A stretch of 64,000 nt of DNA from assembly GCA_964016885.1 (NCBI GenBank), contig OZ024741.1, positions 225,804,001-225,868,000 of the forward strand. The letters run 5' to 3'. This DNA comes from Eledone cirrhosa (lineage: Eukaryota). Under the pieces are notes generated by a model. The model was not told where the DNA came from and did not search any database. It saw only the letters and a list, made by a program, of their open reading frames with translations. A program made the translations under genes and the position numbers. This document shows positions 29,153 to 44,856 of this stretch, piece after piece; positions within the stretch are counted from its first letter, which is position 1, and every line of letters starts with the position of its first letter.

Positions 29153-30324
29153 AGAATTAAAATACTAGAGTGTGTTGGAGGTAAACACCCTCTTCATATT
29201 ATAGAAATGACAGTAAAGGTATAGCTAAATGTAATTAAACAGAGCCGAAGAATTAAGAAATAAAACCACGCCATTTCTAATTCTCACTTTTATTATAAAC
29301 CTAAAAGTTCTGGTAGTGTAAATTGTATCCATTAGCTGCTACATTCCCTTATCTTTTTTGTTTAGGTTCCCTCTCTCTGTATATATATACATATGTATAT
29401 GTATGTGTGTGTATATATACACACACACACATACATATACATATATATATATATATATACAGAGAGAGGGAGAGAGAGAGAAATATATATATATATATAT
29501 ATATATATACATTTAGAGAGAGAGAGCATCATTTCCTTTAAACGTATTGAAAAATCAAAATCATAAATGTGTTCTAATTAAAACGATAAATGTGTTTCCT
29601 TTCAAGTCTATTCGTATTAGTATTTTATTTAGTCTGAAGATTCCTTTATCTATAATACCACTTGTGAAGATATTCAGAATGTTAGAGATATCTAAATGTA
29701 AGTAAAAGCATTTATTTCAGTCTTTCGTGTAGATGAACATGACTGTTATATTCTCTTATTCATGTCGAATCATCGTATTTAGTTGTTATCTAGGTGTTAG
29801 TTTTGTTTTTCATTTATCAACGTCTTCTTATGACTACATTGTAAGGAATATATGCCTTTTAAAGATGCATGTGTTTATAGAATACTCAACAACTTCTGCT
29901 TTGGTTCAATAGATGTATGTTTAGTGTATTAAATAACTGAATGCTCGATATTGAGATCACCAGAGGACGTATTGTCATCAAGTGTGTCTGTGAAAGATAT
30001 ACATATACACAAGGTCCGAACACAAAGGAACGACACTTCCACTGTCACTGCCTCCGTCACTACCTCTCTCCCATCTATTATGAGCAAATGGGGGCCTACG
30101 CGCTGGCTACCCAGCGGCGCCGGGGACAGCCCTCCAAGAATAGAGGCCAGGGAGTATTCGAGAGGTGATAACAAATATTTTATTCGAAGATTCGTACGGG
30201 TTCGAAGTTCATCAAAAATTACGTCCCGGGCAGTTTCATTCATGCTTCAGCTTATTAGTGGTTCATATCCAATCTTTATTTAATGGATTTGGAGGTCACC
30301 TGTCAGTAGAACATATCTTAATGG

Positions 30325-30658
30325 TTCCACTCGGTCACGAATGACCATGGTTTTGCACCTAGAAAGTTTCTCTCCGAGGCACAAACCTGGGCAAGGTTTG
30401 TTTTGTGGAAGACCAGTAGTCGCCCATGCCTACCAGTCTCCCCTCTCCATGCAACCGATGTTGTCCAAGGGAAAGACAATGGCCAATACAGATTGGCACC
30501 AGAGACGTCGTAACTCATTTCTACAGCTCAGTAAACTGGACCAACGTGAAATAAAGTGTCTTGCTCAAGGACACAACGTATCACCCGGTCCGAGAATCGA
30601 ACTCACAGCCTCTCAATTGCAAGCCCAATGCTTTAAACACTAAGCCATGTGCCTTCAC
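30325..30658 (-). mobile_element. CORE-like tRNA SINE
   Basis: Reverse-complement homologue of 336-680. Confidence 0.8.
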
Positions 30659-30879
30659 AGTAGAGAATAAACATTGTTGAATTAAATCAGATTAACAGTA
30701 AATTGAAATATGTCAGTACATGTTCATACTATTTGAATGTCAAAACACTGTTTTCACTTTACATGCGTTTGTATGAGTTGATAATACATTATCTGATAGT
30801 AATCTATCAATACTTTACTAAAATCAGGCACACATGCATACAAATGGACATATACTAGCAAAACACCACCAACAGGTAT

Positions 30880-31411
30880 ATAAGTCTAAAATCTGTCTTA
30901 AGCCAGAAGGCTCATTTGGCCGGTGCTTATCCCGGTTTCATGACGTGAAGCGACTGAGAGTACAAGATACCCACCTGGACTGGACGCCAATCCATCGCAG
31001 TGTGAAACCCCCAGCTGGTACTTATTTTCTGCTGAATATACTGGAGCAAAGTGAAATGAAATGTTTTGCTCAAGAAAACAACACATAACCCAGGAATCGA
31101 ACCCACGGCATCATGATCGTAAGTCTAACACCCTTACCACTAGACCACGTGCCTCCACACACACATATATATGTGCATACATCTATATACATATAATTAC
31201 ACGTATACACATTATATATATATATATATACATATATTTATATATGCATATATAGTCATATATATATATGCATGTGTATGTGTGCATGCATAACTACATA
31301 TGTCTGCTGAATCAAGTGTTTTGCTCAAGAACACAACACGCAAACCAGGTGTCGAACCTACGACATTTTGATCGCAAGTCCAACACCCTACCACTAGGCC
31401 CCGTGCCTCCA
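30880..31411 (-). mobile_element. tRNA SINE plus a second SINE head
   Basis: Homologous to 20460-20727, with a second tRNA-like head at 31315-31411. Confidence 0.7.
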
Positions 31412-31871
31412 CACCAAGAGATATATAGATATACCTATATATTGGCATACATTGGCACACATACGTATATGTGTGTCTGTGTAAAAGGATATAGATGGCT
31501 TATATATGAGTGTACCTGTGTTAGTGCTAATGTGTGTGAGATCGTGGGTGTGTGTATGTGCGTGCATGCATATTTGTGCGTTTGATTGTGTTATACATTT
31601 ATTTATTGAATTTATAGTTATCCTAATTGTATTGTCTGAACTTTTAACGCCCAATTACAAGAAAAATGTACTGGAATAAAAGATTTTGCCAATACGTATA
31701 CAATGACATCGTAAACGTAATCAGCTAACATTAGCCTGGTCCTAATGAAATACGTATGTATGTGAAATTAGACAAGGAAAAGTGGGAGGCATAATGAAAC
31801 ATGAATATATGTACACATAGAGATACCTAATATAGATAACGAATTACCATAACACACGCACACACACACAC

Positions 31872-31916
<45 letters not shown>

Positions 31917-31917
31917 C

Positions 31918-32007
31918 GTCCCCCACCTACCCGCCACTCTCCTGAGCGTGAAATTAATAAACATTTATTGTACTGCCTCTCTGTTTTGTCCCTGTTCAAA
32001 TTTTTCC

Positions 32008-32010
<3 letters not shown>
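31918..32010 (+). mobile_element. Short insert matching the sequence downstream of the 56271 HHR
   Basis: Homologous to 56301-56393 and flanked by (TA)n. Confidence 0.75.
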
Positions 32011-32079
<69 letters not shown>

Positions 32080-32282
32080 TATGTATACGTACATACATAT
32101 ATGTATACCGACGTACAGTAGTATGTATATATATATACATACATGCACACATATATATATGTACGCATGGATTCACCGAATATTTATTATAATGCTCGGT
32201 GTGTTTGTAAACAAACATCCCGTATTAAGCCGTACAGTGTCTAGCAACCATCGTTGCTCATTTGTTCAACACTGACAAAGGA

Positions 32283-32325
32283 ACGCTGTACTAGTTTCAA
32301 GCTTATTAGCTATCGTCAGCAACGT
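32283..32325 (-). ncRNA. Type I HHR (family C)
   Basis: Minus strand: acgttg CTGACGA tagctaataagctt GAAA ctag TA cagcgt. Stem I is kept through a U-G pair. Confidence 0.82.
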
Positions 32326-32956
32326 ATACCTTCCTGCCAGATGATTGAACGTCTGAAAATATATACTTTCCTTATGCATATTAACTGCTGAGCAGCCTAA
32401 TTTGCATATCAAGTGAGTTAATCGGCCGGACGCACGATTCGTTTGCGAGCCTACAGCCTCTTACGCTATGTGTTTTAGATGGCCATCGCTATCCTTTTGT
32501 TCTGGTGGTGATAGAAAGAAGGAATCGACGATAATATTGTTTCTGGGTTATTGCTCTTTGCCAGGATCGTGTATCGCTCTCTCCTGTCACACCTTTGAGA
32601 ATATATAGTATTCTCTAAAGTGTACATCTATAAAATGCTAGTTAAGACGGGATTTTTATTTTACATGGTTATTCATGTGACTTCGTCTGACGCTTACGCA
32701 ATCATTGGTGCAGTTATGCAACCATTCTGATATGCTGGTGGCATTGCATGAATACTCCATCTCTCAACATCACCTACCTGGGATAAACTACTGACATATA
32801 GTGCTTTTGAAGCTAGGACCTGCTTATCATCAGGAAGTTGCTGTGCAACAACTAAGATAAATAACTCTCGTGTATATGAGTTCGGAACTAGATGTCGAAA
32901 CGGCAGGACCGCAGCCGTCGGGGTCCTGACTCTTTTCCTATATATATATGGGTACA

Positions 32957-33160
<204 letters not shown>

Positions 33161-33179
33161 TATACATATATATATATAC

Positions 33180-33454
<275 letters not shown>

Positions 33455-33455
33455 C

Positions 33456-33658
<203 letters not shown>

Positions 33659-33717
33659 CGTACATATATATATATATATATATATATACATACATATATA
33701 TATATACATATATATAT

Positions 33718-34357
33718 ATGGTGGCTGCCAACTCGTTTTCGAGTACGGCCACTACTTTACATCCATGTAGGATAACCCCTACCGAAGCGCTGAACGAGTG
33801 TGACTTTTTAGTCCAGCCAGCGACTTGAAACCTCTGGTACAAACACTACACCTGTGACAATTATTGACACATAGTGCTAGGCCCATGGTAGGACAATTAT
33901 TGACACATAGTGCTGGGCCCATGTGAGGACAAGTGCAGAGAGATCTCCAGATATAAAGCAATGCCTGTGCCGTGAAGCTTTTATAGTGAGCAAAGGCACT
34001 GCACAAAGCCAGTCCCACTCTCTTAACCAAGATGCTATTTACCAAAAAGAAGAACAAGTCAACATCATTGGATACCATCAGGGTTGCAGGTGTTATATCA
34101 GAGTTTTCCTTCTCCTAGAATTCTGCCTTGACTAAGGCTAAAGGGGTCATCTCTCCCGGTGATTTTGGATGGCCATTGACTCTTAAGAGCTCCTTTGCCC
34201 TTTGACAGGTTTTGTTTTTAGTCCTGCAGGATGTCCAAAGTCACCCTCCTCACCAAGAAACCTTGGTGGGGTTGCCAGTTTAGTCGCCAACGACCCGACC
34301 ATGAGACAGGTTGTACTGGGATACATGTTACCAGTAGCACCAACTGGTGACCTGACA
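33718..34357 (-). mobile_element. Internally deleted RTE-clade-derived element
   Basis: RTE-like 5' UTR motif GGAGAAGGAAAACTCTGA and terminal zinc-finger-like [19 protein letters not shown]. (TA)n on both sides. Confidence 0.55.
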
Positions 34358-36997
<2,640 letters not shown>

Positions 36998-37734
36998 GAG
37001 TACATATCTCACTCTCTCTCTCTCTATATATATATATATACATAGGAGTAATAGTGGATATTTCTCCCTTCGGCTCTGTTTTTAACTATAATCAATATAT
37101 ATGATTATATCGATCATGAATGACAATGTGTTTTTCAACTAGAAAGTTCCACTCCAAGGCATAAGCTCGGGCAAGGTGTTTAATGGGGAGACAAGCTGTC
37201 GTTCATGCATATCAGTCTCCGCCCGATATCGTTCAAGGGAAAGACAGCTCGGAGCAACTTGAAATATAGTTTCTTGCTCAAGGACACAACGTATTGCCAG
37301 TCCAGGAATCAAACCCTCATCCTTACTATTGTGAATCCCATGTTCTATCCACTAGGTACCATAAATATATATATACATGTATGTAACAATTTTATAAATC
37401 ACACATTTTATTCATACATCTATGTGTGTCTTAACGTATCTGTGTCTTTCTTCACAAATTCAATATGACGTTTTAAGCATGATTCTTTATTCAGCAATCT
37501 CAGACATTTCTTTACCCTTTTCATCATTTCGCAAGGCAACCACCCGTCCCACTTATCACAGATTCTTTTCTTTTCATCTTCTCCGCACATATATATATTT
37601 TTTTAATTTCAAAGCGTTATTCATAGGATAAGTTAGGGGAGCTAGGATTATAGGGTATCGACGACTGTCGATAATAAAAAACACATTAACAACAACCGTA
37701 ATAATAATAATGCTTTTTTTCTTTCTTTCTTTCT

Positions 37735-37766
<32 letters not shown>

Positions 37767-38432
37767 TGGTTTCTTTAATGATAGTACCAGAAGCGCCAAG
37801 ACCGACATCTATATATCCCCCCCCCCCGCTCTCCCTGTCGATCTCTCTATATATCATTATTAGAGTGTGGTATATATATATATATATATATACATACATA
37901 CGGATATATATATATATATATAAGAGGGTGTATACGGATATATATATATATGTAAGAGGGTGTATACGGATATATATATATATATATATATATAAGAGGG
38001 TATATACGGATATATATATATATATTAGAAGACATGATGTGGAATGTAGTTCAGGATTTGTAAGAAATGATATAATACGAACAAAACCCACACACACAAA
38101 AAATCAAATTGTCGAAACAGAGTGCAATAATAGTTTTTAGTAATCTCGTCAAAAGTCACGAGTTTTGTACACGACTTCTTGTGCATTTATGGAAATTTCA
38201 TTGGATTTTGGAAATGTGGAAAACATATAGATATATATGAACATCCCTAACGTATATACACATTGCAAAAAGTATATACAAAGCGCATTCATATAACGAG
38301 CACACATACAAATACAACATACACAACTATGAAAACAAATGCAAAAATATGGAAAAAGGCACACCGAAATTAACAAACACGTCGACAAACAGACACATCC
38401 ATATAGACACAGAATTCTCTCTCTCTTTATAT

Positions 38433-38556
<124 letters not shown>

Positions 38557-38677
38557 TATATATATATATATAAATATATATATATGAATATAAATATATA
38601 TATATATGTATATATATGTGTATATTTATATATATATATATATACATACATATATAAATACACCCACATACGAATAA

Positions 38678-38786
<109 letters not shown>

Positions 38787-38892
38787 GAAGTGTGTGTATA
38801 TATACGTTTACATGTAGGCTTGCAGTTGCATGTATACAGCATGACTTGTAAACAAAACAAAGCCTAACAGCAATTACACGAATCACACTACC

Positions 38893-38930
<38 letters not shown>

Positions 38931-39588
38931 CAACATTGACAATTGGAATGTCAAAGACCACACTAACATACATGACACATTAACAGTAAAACAATAATAT
39001 TATATTCTACTAAGACTATCAGGTACAAAGGGGGAAAAAAAAATAACAACAACAATATGAGAAGCTGTGAGAATTCAAGTAATGAATATAGTTATCATCA
39101 TTATCATCATCATCATCATCATCAACGCCATCATCATAGTTATCATCACGAAGAAAATACTAGCTGCTGAAGACATTCCCTCTAGTTATAAGCTTAAACA
39201 TATAAGGATCACATTATTTAAGCAATTTCTCATCTACATAACGTTTGTATTTTTCAGTTTGAATATGCCTATCTAAATATTGTCAATTGAAGAAAGTTCA
39301 AAATATTCAATTGTTGTGTGGCTTCCCCTCACAAAAGTAGTTAAAATTTCGTACCATGACTGCAGACCGGGGTGATTTATGATATGGCAAACATAAACAC
39401 ACACGCACATACTGTCTATAAGCACTCTGAGACAAGTTTTGTTCGATAAAAGTTCATTTCATACTTCATTGAGTATGTAATGTGTGGAAGCAAAATTATA
39501 GATGATACTATAACCTCGTCAACACACACACACACACATATGTATATGAAACATTCGGGCACACACACACACACACGCGCACATATGT

Positions 39589-39755
39589 ATATGAAACATT
39601 CGGGACTCCGACGGCTGAGCTCCTGCTGTTGAAACGGTAGAAGCGCAGCCGTCGGGGTACCGAATTTTTCATATGACCCACTCTATTACCTTTAGTGTCG
39701 AGTACTCTGGTGAGTAATGGTCTAACTGGTTTTTCCTGCATCCATTCTGATTGTT
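39589..39755 (+). mobile_element. Older family A-like insert with an inverted 5' arm
   Basis: atgaaacattcgggactccgacggctg pairs with cagccgtcggggtaccgaatttttcat. Contains GAAA-cgg...ccg-TC. Confidence 0.62.
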
Positions 39756-39765
39756 ATATATATAT

Positions 39766-39845
39766 AAGTGGTGTCTTCCAAAAATGTATACACACTTTCA
39801 TTAGAATGCTGTTGAAGTCTGTATATATTTTTGGGGGACATCCTG
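39766..39845. mobile_element. Tiny Tc1/mariner-type MITE
   Basis: Imperfect TIRs gtgtcttccaaaaatgtatacacactt and aagtctgtatatatttttgggggacat, flanked by TA. Confidence 0.55.
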
Positions 39846-40317
39846 TATATATATATAGATATATAATCTCGAATGAAAACAATAACTACAATCAATTACC
39901 ATAAATAATAGTTTAGAAAATCGTGTAAATTCCGTATAGACGGAAAAAGTGGCAAGCAGCCGCTATAGAGTATTGAATACTGTACTCTCAAACTCCAGCT
40001 GAGCGTACTGTACCATTAAGCTAAACATTCGTTGACTAGAATCACTCTCTAAATTGAAGCTATATATCAGCTGTAAATGTTACAATTGTAAACAACCGTC
40101 GGAGCGTTGAGTTGATATTCTGAAGAAATCTAGAACATCTCGAACGCAGAAAATAACTAACTAAAATCGATTGCTATGCATCGGGTAAAGTACTCCTAGA
40201 AACGGAACAAGTGGCCAAGAGCCACTAGAGAGAATCAAATTGTGTACCTCTCAAATACACACACACAAGCACACAGTGTGTGTGCATTTGTGTGTGCCTG
40301 TATATGTGTGTCTGTAT

Positions 40318-40500
40318 ATGTGGGAGCCCCTACATGGACACACTAGAAGAGGAAGACCAAGGTTAACATATGTTGATGCCCTAAGGACAGACACTGGTCT
40401 GTTGGAGATGCAGGATATGGCAGCGATAATGAGGGACAGAGACCGCTGGAGAGAACTCGTCCATGGATCTCGGGAATTTTACCCGCCTTAGATAGATAGA
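40318..40500 (+). mobile_element. 3' end of an RTE-type LINE
   Basis: WEPLHGHTRRGRPRLTYVD...MRDRDRWRELV followed by a (TAGA)n tail. Confidence 0.78.
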
Positions 40501-40954
40501 TATGTGTGTGTGTTTGTGTGCGTCTGCATGTATAACATGTTTCTGTTATTCTTTCTACTAAATTTTTCTCACAAACGTTGGCCAATCCAAACTTTTAGCA
40601 CGACTCAGGCTTGTCAGCTGAATAGACAAGAGTAAGATGTTTTGTTCAAGGATACAACACGCCACCGAGAAGCAAGCCCTCAATCTTACGAGCTTGAGCC
40701 AAATGCCATAACCAATAAACCACGCATCTTCACTCACGAAAAAATGCAATAGTCACAACTGGAATCCACCGCCCTATTGGCGCTCTCTAATAATACGATA
40801 CATATATACATATGTACATATATACATATGCGTATTCACATATTTATTTTATGTTCAGGAGCGATACCATGCTTATCTCTTGTATGATTCTCAGTATTAT
40901 TAATCTAACACATATAGCTTCTTTTACATAGAGTCCCTTTTGGCAGGTTGTGAT

Positions 40955-41005
<51 letters not shown>

Positions 41006-44000
41006 ATAGTAGACAGATTAAAATATAGCACCCTAAATTTAAAATATGCCCGAAAGAACATCGGCTTCCTAAAAGTTTACCAGTTACTCTGCATTGCAGA
41101 ATTAATTTTAAATAAAAATATTGATTTCTTTCAATTAATTAACTTCAAGCCAATTATTTAAAGATTGGGTGCATAGGCAACTGATTAAAAGCTAATAGAT
41201 AATTGTATCGAATCTGCATAGCAATAGAAGCAACAATAACCCATTTGGGTTTGAACTGTATACCTAGTATTAAAACTAAATGTGTCTTGGATTTGATTCT
41301 CGGCTGTAATTGCAATCATACATCAATGAGTAATTTAGTCTATAAACTATACTATTGAACAAAGGAACAAAATAGATGTAAATATTCATGAGTGAGTTTT
41401 CCAATATAATAAGAGCAAATAGGAGAAACAATAGTATACAGACTGGAGCAAAGAGAAATATACTGAGGTTAGTTGAAACCGAAAGAACACTACTTTATTC
41501 GACTGTATAGTATGTATGATTCTGCTATATCTGATTAGATATAACAACTGGTTCATTAGATATATCACAGCTCTAACAGACAATAAATTGACATGAAGGG
41601 ATATGAAAGTAATTGAAATGTAATGAATTCATTACACTTGTCACTTCTAAAATGTTTTCACACCAACTTGATTTTAACCCTCCGCTAGCCAGCTCGTATG
41701 AAAACGTTTGTGACCTTTCAAAAAATAATCAATCAATGAAATGAAATAAGATGAAAAGACAACCATACTAAAAGCCTTTCATGTCAGGTGTGTAAGGGTC
41801 TGATTCAGAAGTTGAAGATATCATTTTCAACCAATAATTGACTTATTTCAAGTAATGTCAAACACTTACTGACCTTCAGTTTTGTTTCCAGCAAGCAATA
41901 CAATCAGAGAACATGAAAGCCTGTATACGGTCACCGAGCCTGCTAGAAGGAGCAGACAAACCTCTCCTACCTACTACATTAAAAACAAAGAAGGGAACAT
42001 TTGATAATTTAGTCATGCACGCACTAAATATGAAAATGCAGATTTGATTCTAACGACAGGAACACCCGAAATGTCGATTGACCTTGGGTTAAACAACTAT
42101 AAAATTAGAGAATACTAGCCAATGTGAGAATCTCTATTTGTTCACTTGACCTCCATGCTAGATATTCTCCTTAAATCTTACCCTATAGTTTTAAAAAACG
42201 ATAGGTACTTTAAATCATATAGTCCCACATATGCTTAAAAAGATGGTACTGGCATGGCTGCAATATCTAGGATTCTAGGTCTACACGAAGATACAATATA
42301 CAATAACAAACAACAAATGGGTTGCTGTTAGTGAAACCGATACTGGGTGTGTTGGTTGTGTCTCTGGTGAAAGACAAAACAATACAAGGGTGCATTTCAA
42401 TCCAACGAAATCATTTCCTTCTACTTCAGAGCAAGAAACTTTATTCAATACATTTCCAGCTCATCTATCTCTCTAGAACAAGTAAAGACATGCAAGTATG
42501 TGTAAGGTGCCCCTTCCCAAGGAAGAGATTTGTTTACGACACGCACAATCCTACACGACCTCTCATAACATAATCTGTATATTCATTATCTCCATCATTA
42601 TTTTCATGACGCTCCTCTTCCTTAGTATGATTACCCAATATGATTTCTATTATTTTTATACCATTATTATCACTGGGGAGCATTAACCACGTCTATTTTA
42701 TATGTCTCGGTGGTCTTACAAAGGCCATGAACAGATCTCTCTCTTAACTCCGGATAAAATTAATAAAAATACATTATCGTCATAACAAAAGTCATAAATT
42801 CCACTTCAGTGGAAACACCAGACAGACAATGTATGCTATATGAATAGAAACTGGTGTTGTACAAGCACCAACAGTTCTGTGGTCTGTGTCGCATCAACGT
42901 TTCCACGTACCTCATCCATGTTTAGAGTTGTTCCCGATAGCCTTTAGCTATGTTGAAGTGATATGTTCAAATCCTCCCATGAATATATCTTTCAGAGGTA
43001 CTTGGGTGAACAGGGGTGGCCACTGCTTGGCTGACATGTTCTAAATATAATTCCTGATGTACAAAAACCTCAACTGGTATGGCAAAAAGCTAATGGACGT
43101 CACATAAAACTGAGAATGCTGCAAATTTAACTACAATGAAACAACAACAGAAAAAAATCCCAATAACACCAAATGTACAGATTATTTTTGCTTAAAAGTT
43201 TGTGCTGAGCTGAAAATAAAGCGTTTCAGAAAATATCAACCGTTATTTATTTACAGTGCATTATAATCTGATTCCCAGTCCTACTGGCATTAATTTTACT
43301 TTCATCATCACACGGCCGATAAAAGATGCATCAGTTGAAGTAGTGGAGTTGTTCTAATCGCATGTATTTCTCCCACAAAATATATAGTCATATATCAACG
43401 TTATAAATCCATTATATTTCAACACGTTCGATTGGAAGAAATGGTATAGTCTCGGACAAAAGGTGTGGATTATGTTAATGACCGTTAAGATGTTATCAAT
43501 TTCACCGAGCCCACGACTGCATTTAATTATTTTACAATCGATAAGTACTGAACAATGTAAAATATGGTCAGGTGGCTGGTGCTGATGATATGTGGCTTGG
43601 TATAGTATCTAAGAATATACAAGTGATCATCACCCCCATAAAACTAAATAATGATCATGTGGGTGCTGAGAGAAAGGCTTTATGACAGATTGTTCAGAGC
43701 AGAAAGTCCACCTGCTAAGCATGTGGCAGTAAATATCACTTTATGGCTTTCTGCCCGGCAGACCTATAGAAGCAATAAAGAAAAAAAAAAGAAAGCGGAA
43801 AGCATAGTGACTGTATTAACAAGCCCGGAGGGTTGCAGTTGCCAGTCTCAATTCCGGTGACGTTGGAGGAATTCACCTTTTTAGCAGTATTCAGAATTAA
43901 GAATTATAGAGAGCTTATGTAAAGTAAACGCGTTGATCTCGGCATGGAAGGCTTAAGGGCATAGCTATTAAATTTAGCAAGGAGAAAATTGTTGGTGTCC

Positions 44001-44728
44001 GTTGTAAATAATAGATATTGGATGAGTATTAATGAAGACGTATTAAAATAGAAAACAGCAAATTGAACGAAGATGTAGCGGCATTGCATAGTAAATTATA
44101 GTGTAGGTATGAAGTTTGCAAGAAGCAGCATGGCCAAAGGGCAGATGTCAAGAACGGTCTTATTTACGATTCTGTGATGTTCTTACTGTTTTACTTACAG
44201 TAGGTAAAACTAATCAATGTAAGAATAACGTTTTAAGCTTTCAACCTGTAACAATACCTAAGAAATCTTACCATAACTTGCTGTTCAGTTCCCACGTTTC
44301 CTTCAATGTCATCACATGTTCTCTAATTGGTTAGTGTCTGAGTGTTTTGTTATAGCATGGACACGTAATTAAAATATAAAACCATACGACACCACACAAT
44401 TATTATGGATATGAAATCTATAATTCTATCTCTTCAAAAAATATCTCGAAGTAATTTTTATCCCGAATAGAAGGAAATATGCTCTTGAATGTCAGAATAT
44501 AACAGATGCACTGATGTTTTATATGTTCTATACATAATGCTTAGAGAAAAAATGGCTGTGTGGAAAATAAACACAAACAATCTGTAGGAGCCACTCATAA
44601 TCATATTATGACAACCTAAGAAATCTGAAGACATTTACAATGCTCTCTTATAAAGGTTGCTCATAATGTGAAGTGGTTTGGAGTGTTGGTGTGCATTGTG
44701 CTATATAGTATTTGAGTTGAGTTCTTAC

Positions 44729-44856
44729 CAAATGGCATCAATCATATCCAGTCCCATTTCCACGCAGCACTTGGCGTGGTCTGGCCTGGCTTCCGGCAGT
44801 CCGCTCACACAGTAATAGCAATCACCTAGGATTTTGATGCGTAGGCAGTTGTTGTT
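44729..44856 (-). CDS. Internal exon of a transmembrane (class III) adenylyl cyclase, C1a catalytic domain; ADCY1/rutabaga- or ADCY5/6-like
   Basis: Minus strand reads ttcatttttccttgtag | [42 protein letters not shown] + TG | gtaag. The exon is 128 nt with a canonical AG acceptor, pyrimidine tract and GT donor. [10 protein letters not shown] is the C1a signature. The paralog cannot be assigned. Confidence 0.95.

Noticed and set aside
29630-29700. Isolated CTGAAGA (also near 39167) and ctgatgcatcag (near 16455)
   Set aside because: No matching GAAA with closing stems; expected by chance.
40110-40240. CTGAAGA...GAAA as another long-stem HHR
   Set aside because: Stems I and II are weak and there is no clear TH cleavage triplet.
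42850-43030. Possible further exon or LINE 3' remnant
   Set aside because: No adenylyl cyclase motif or clean splice sites, and too degenerate to classify.
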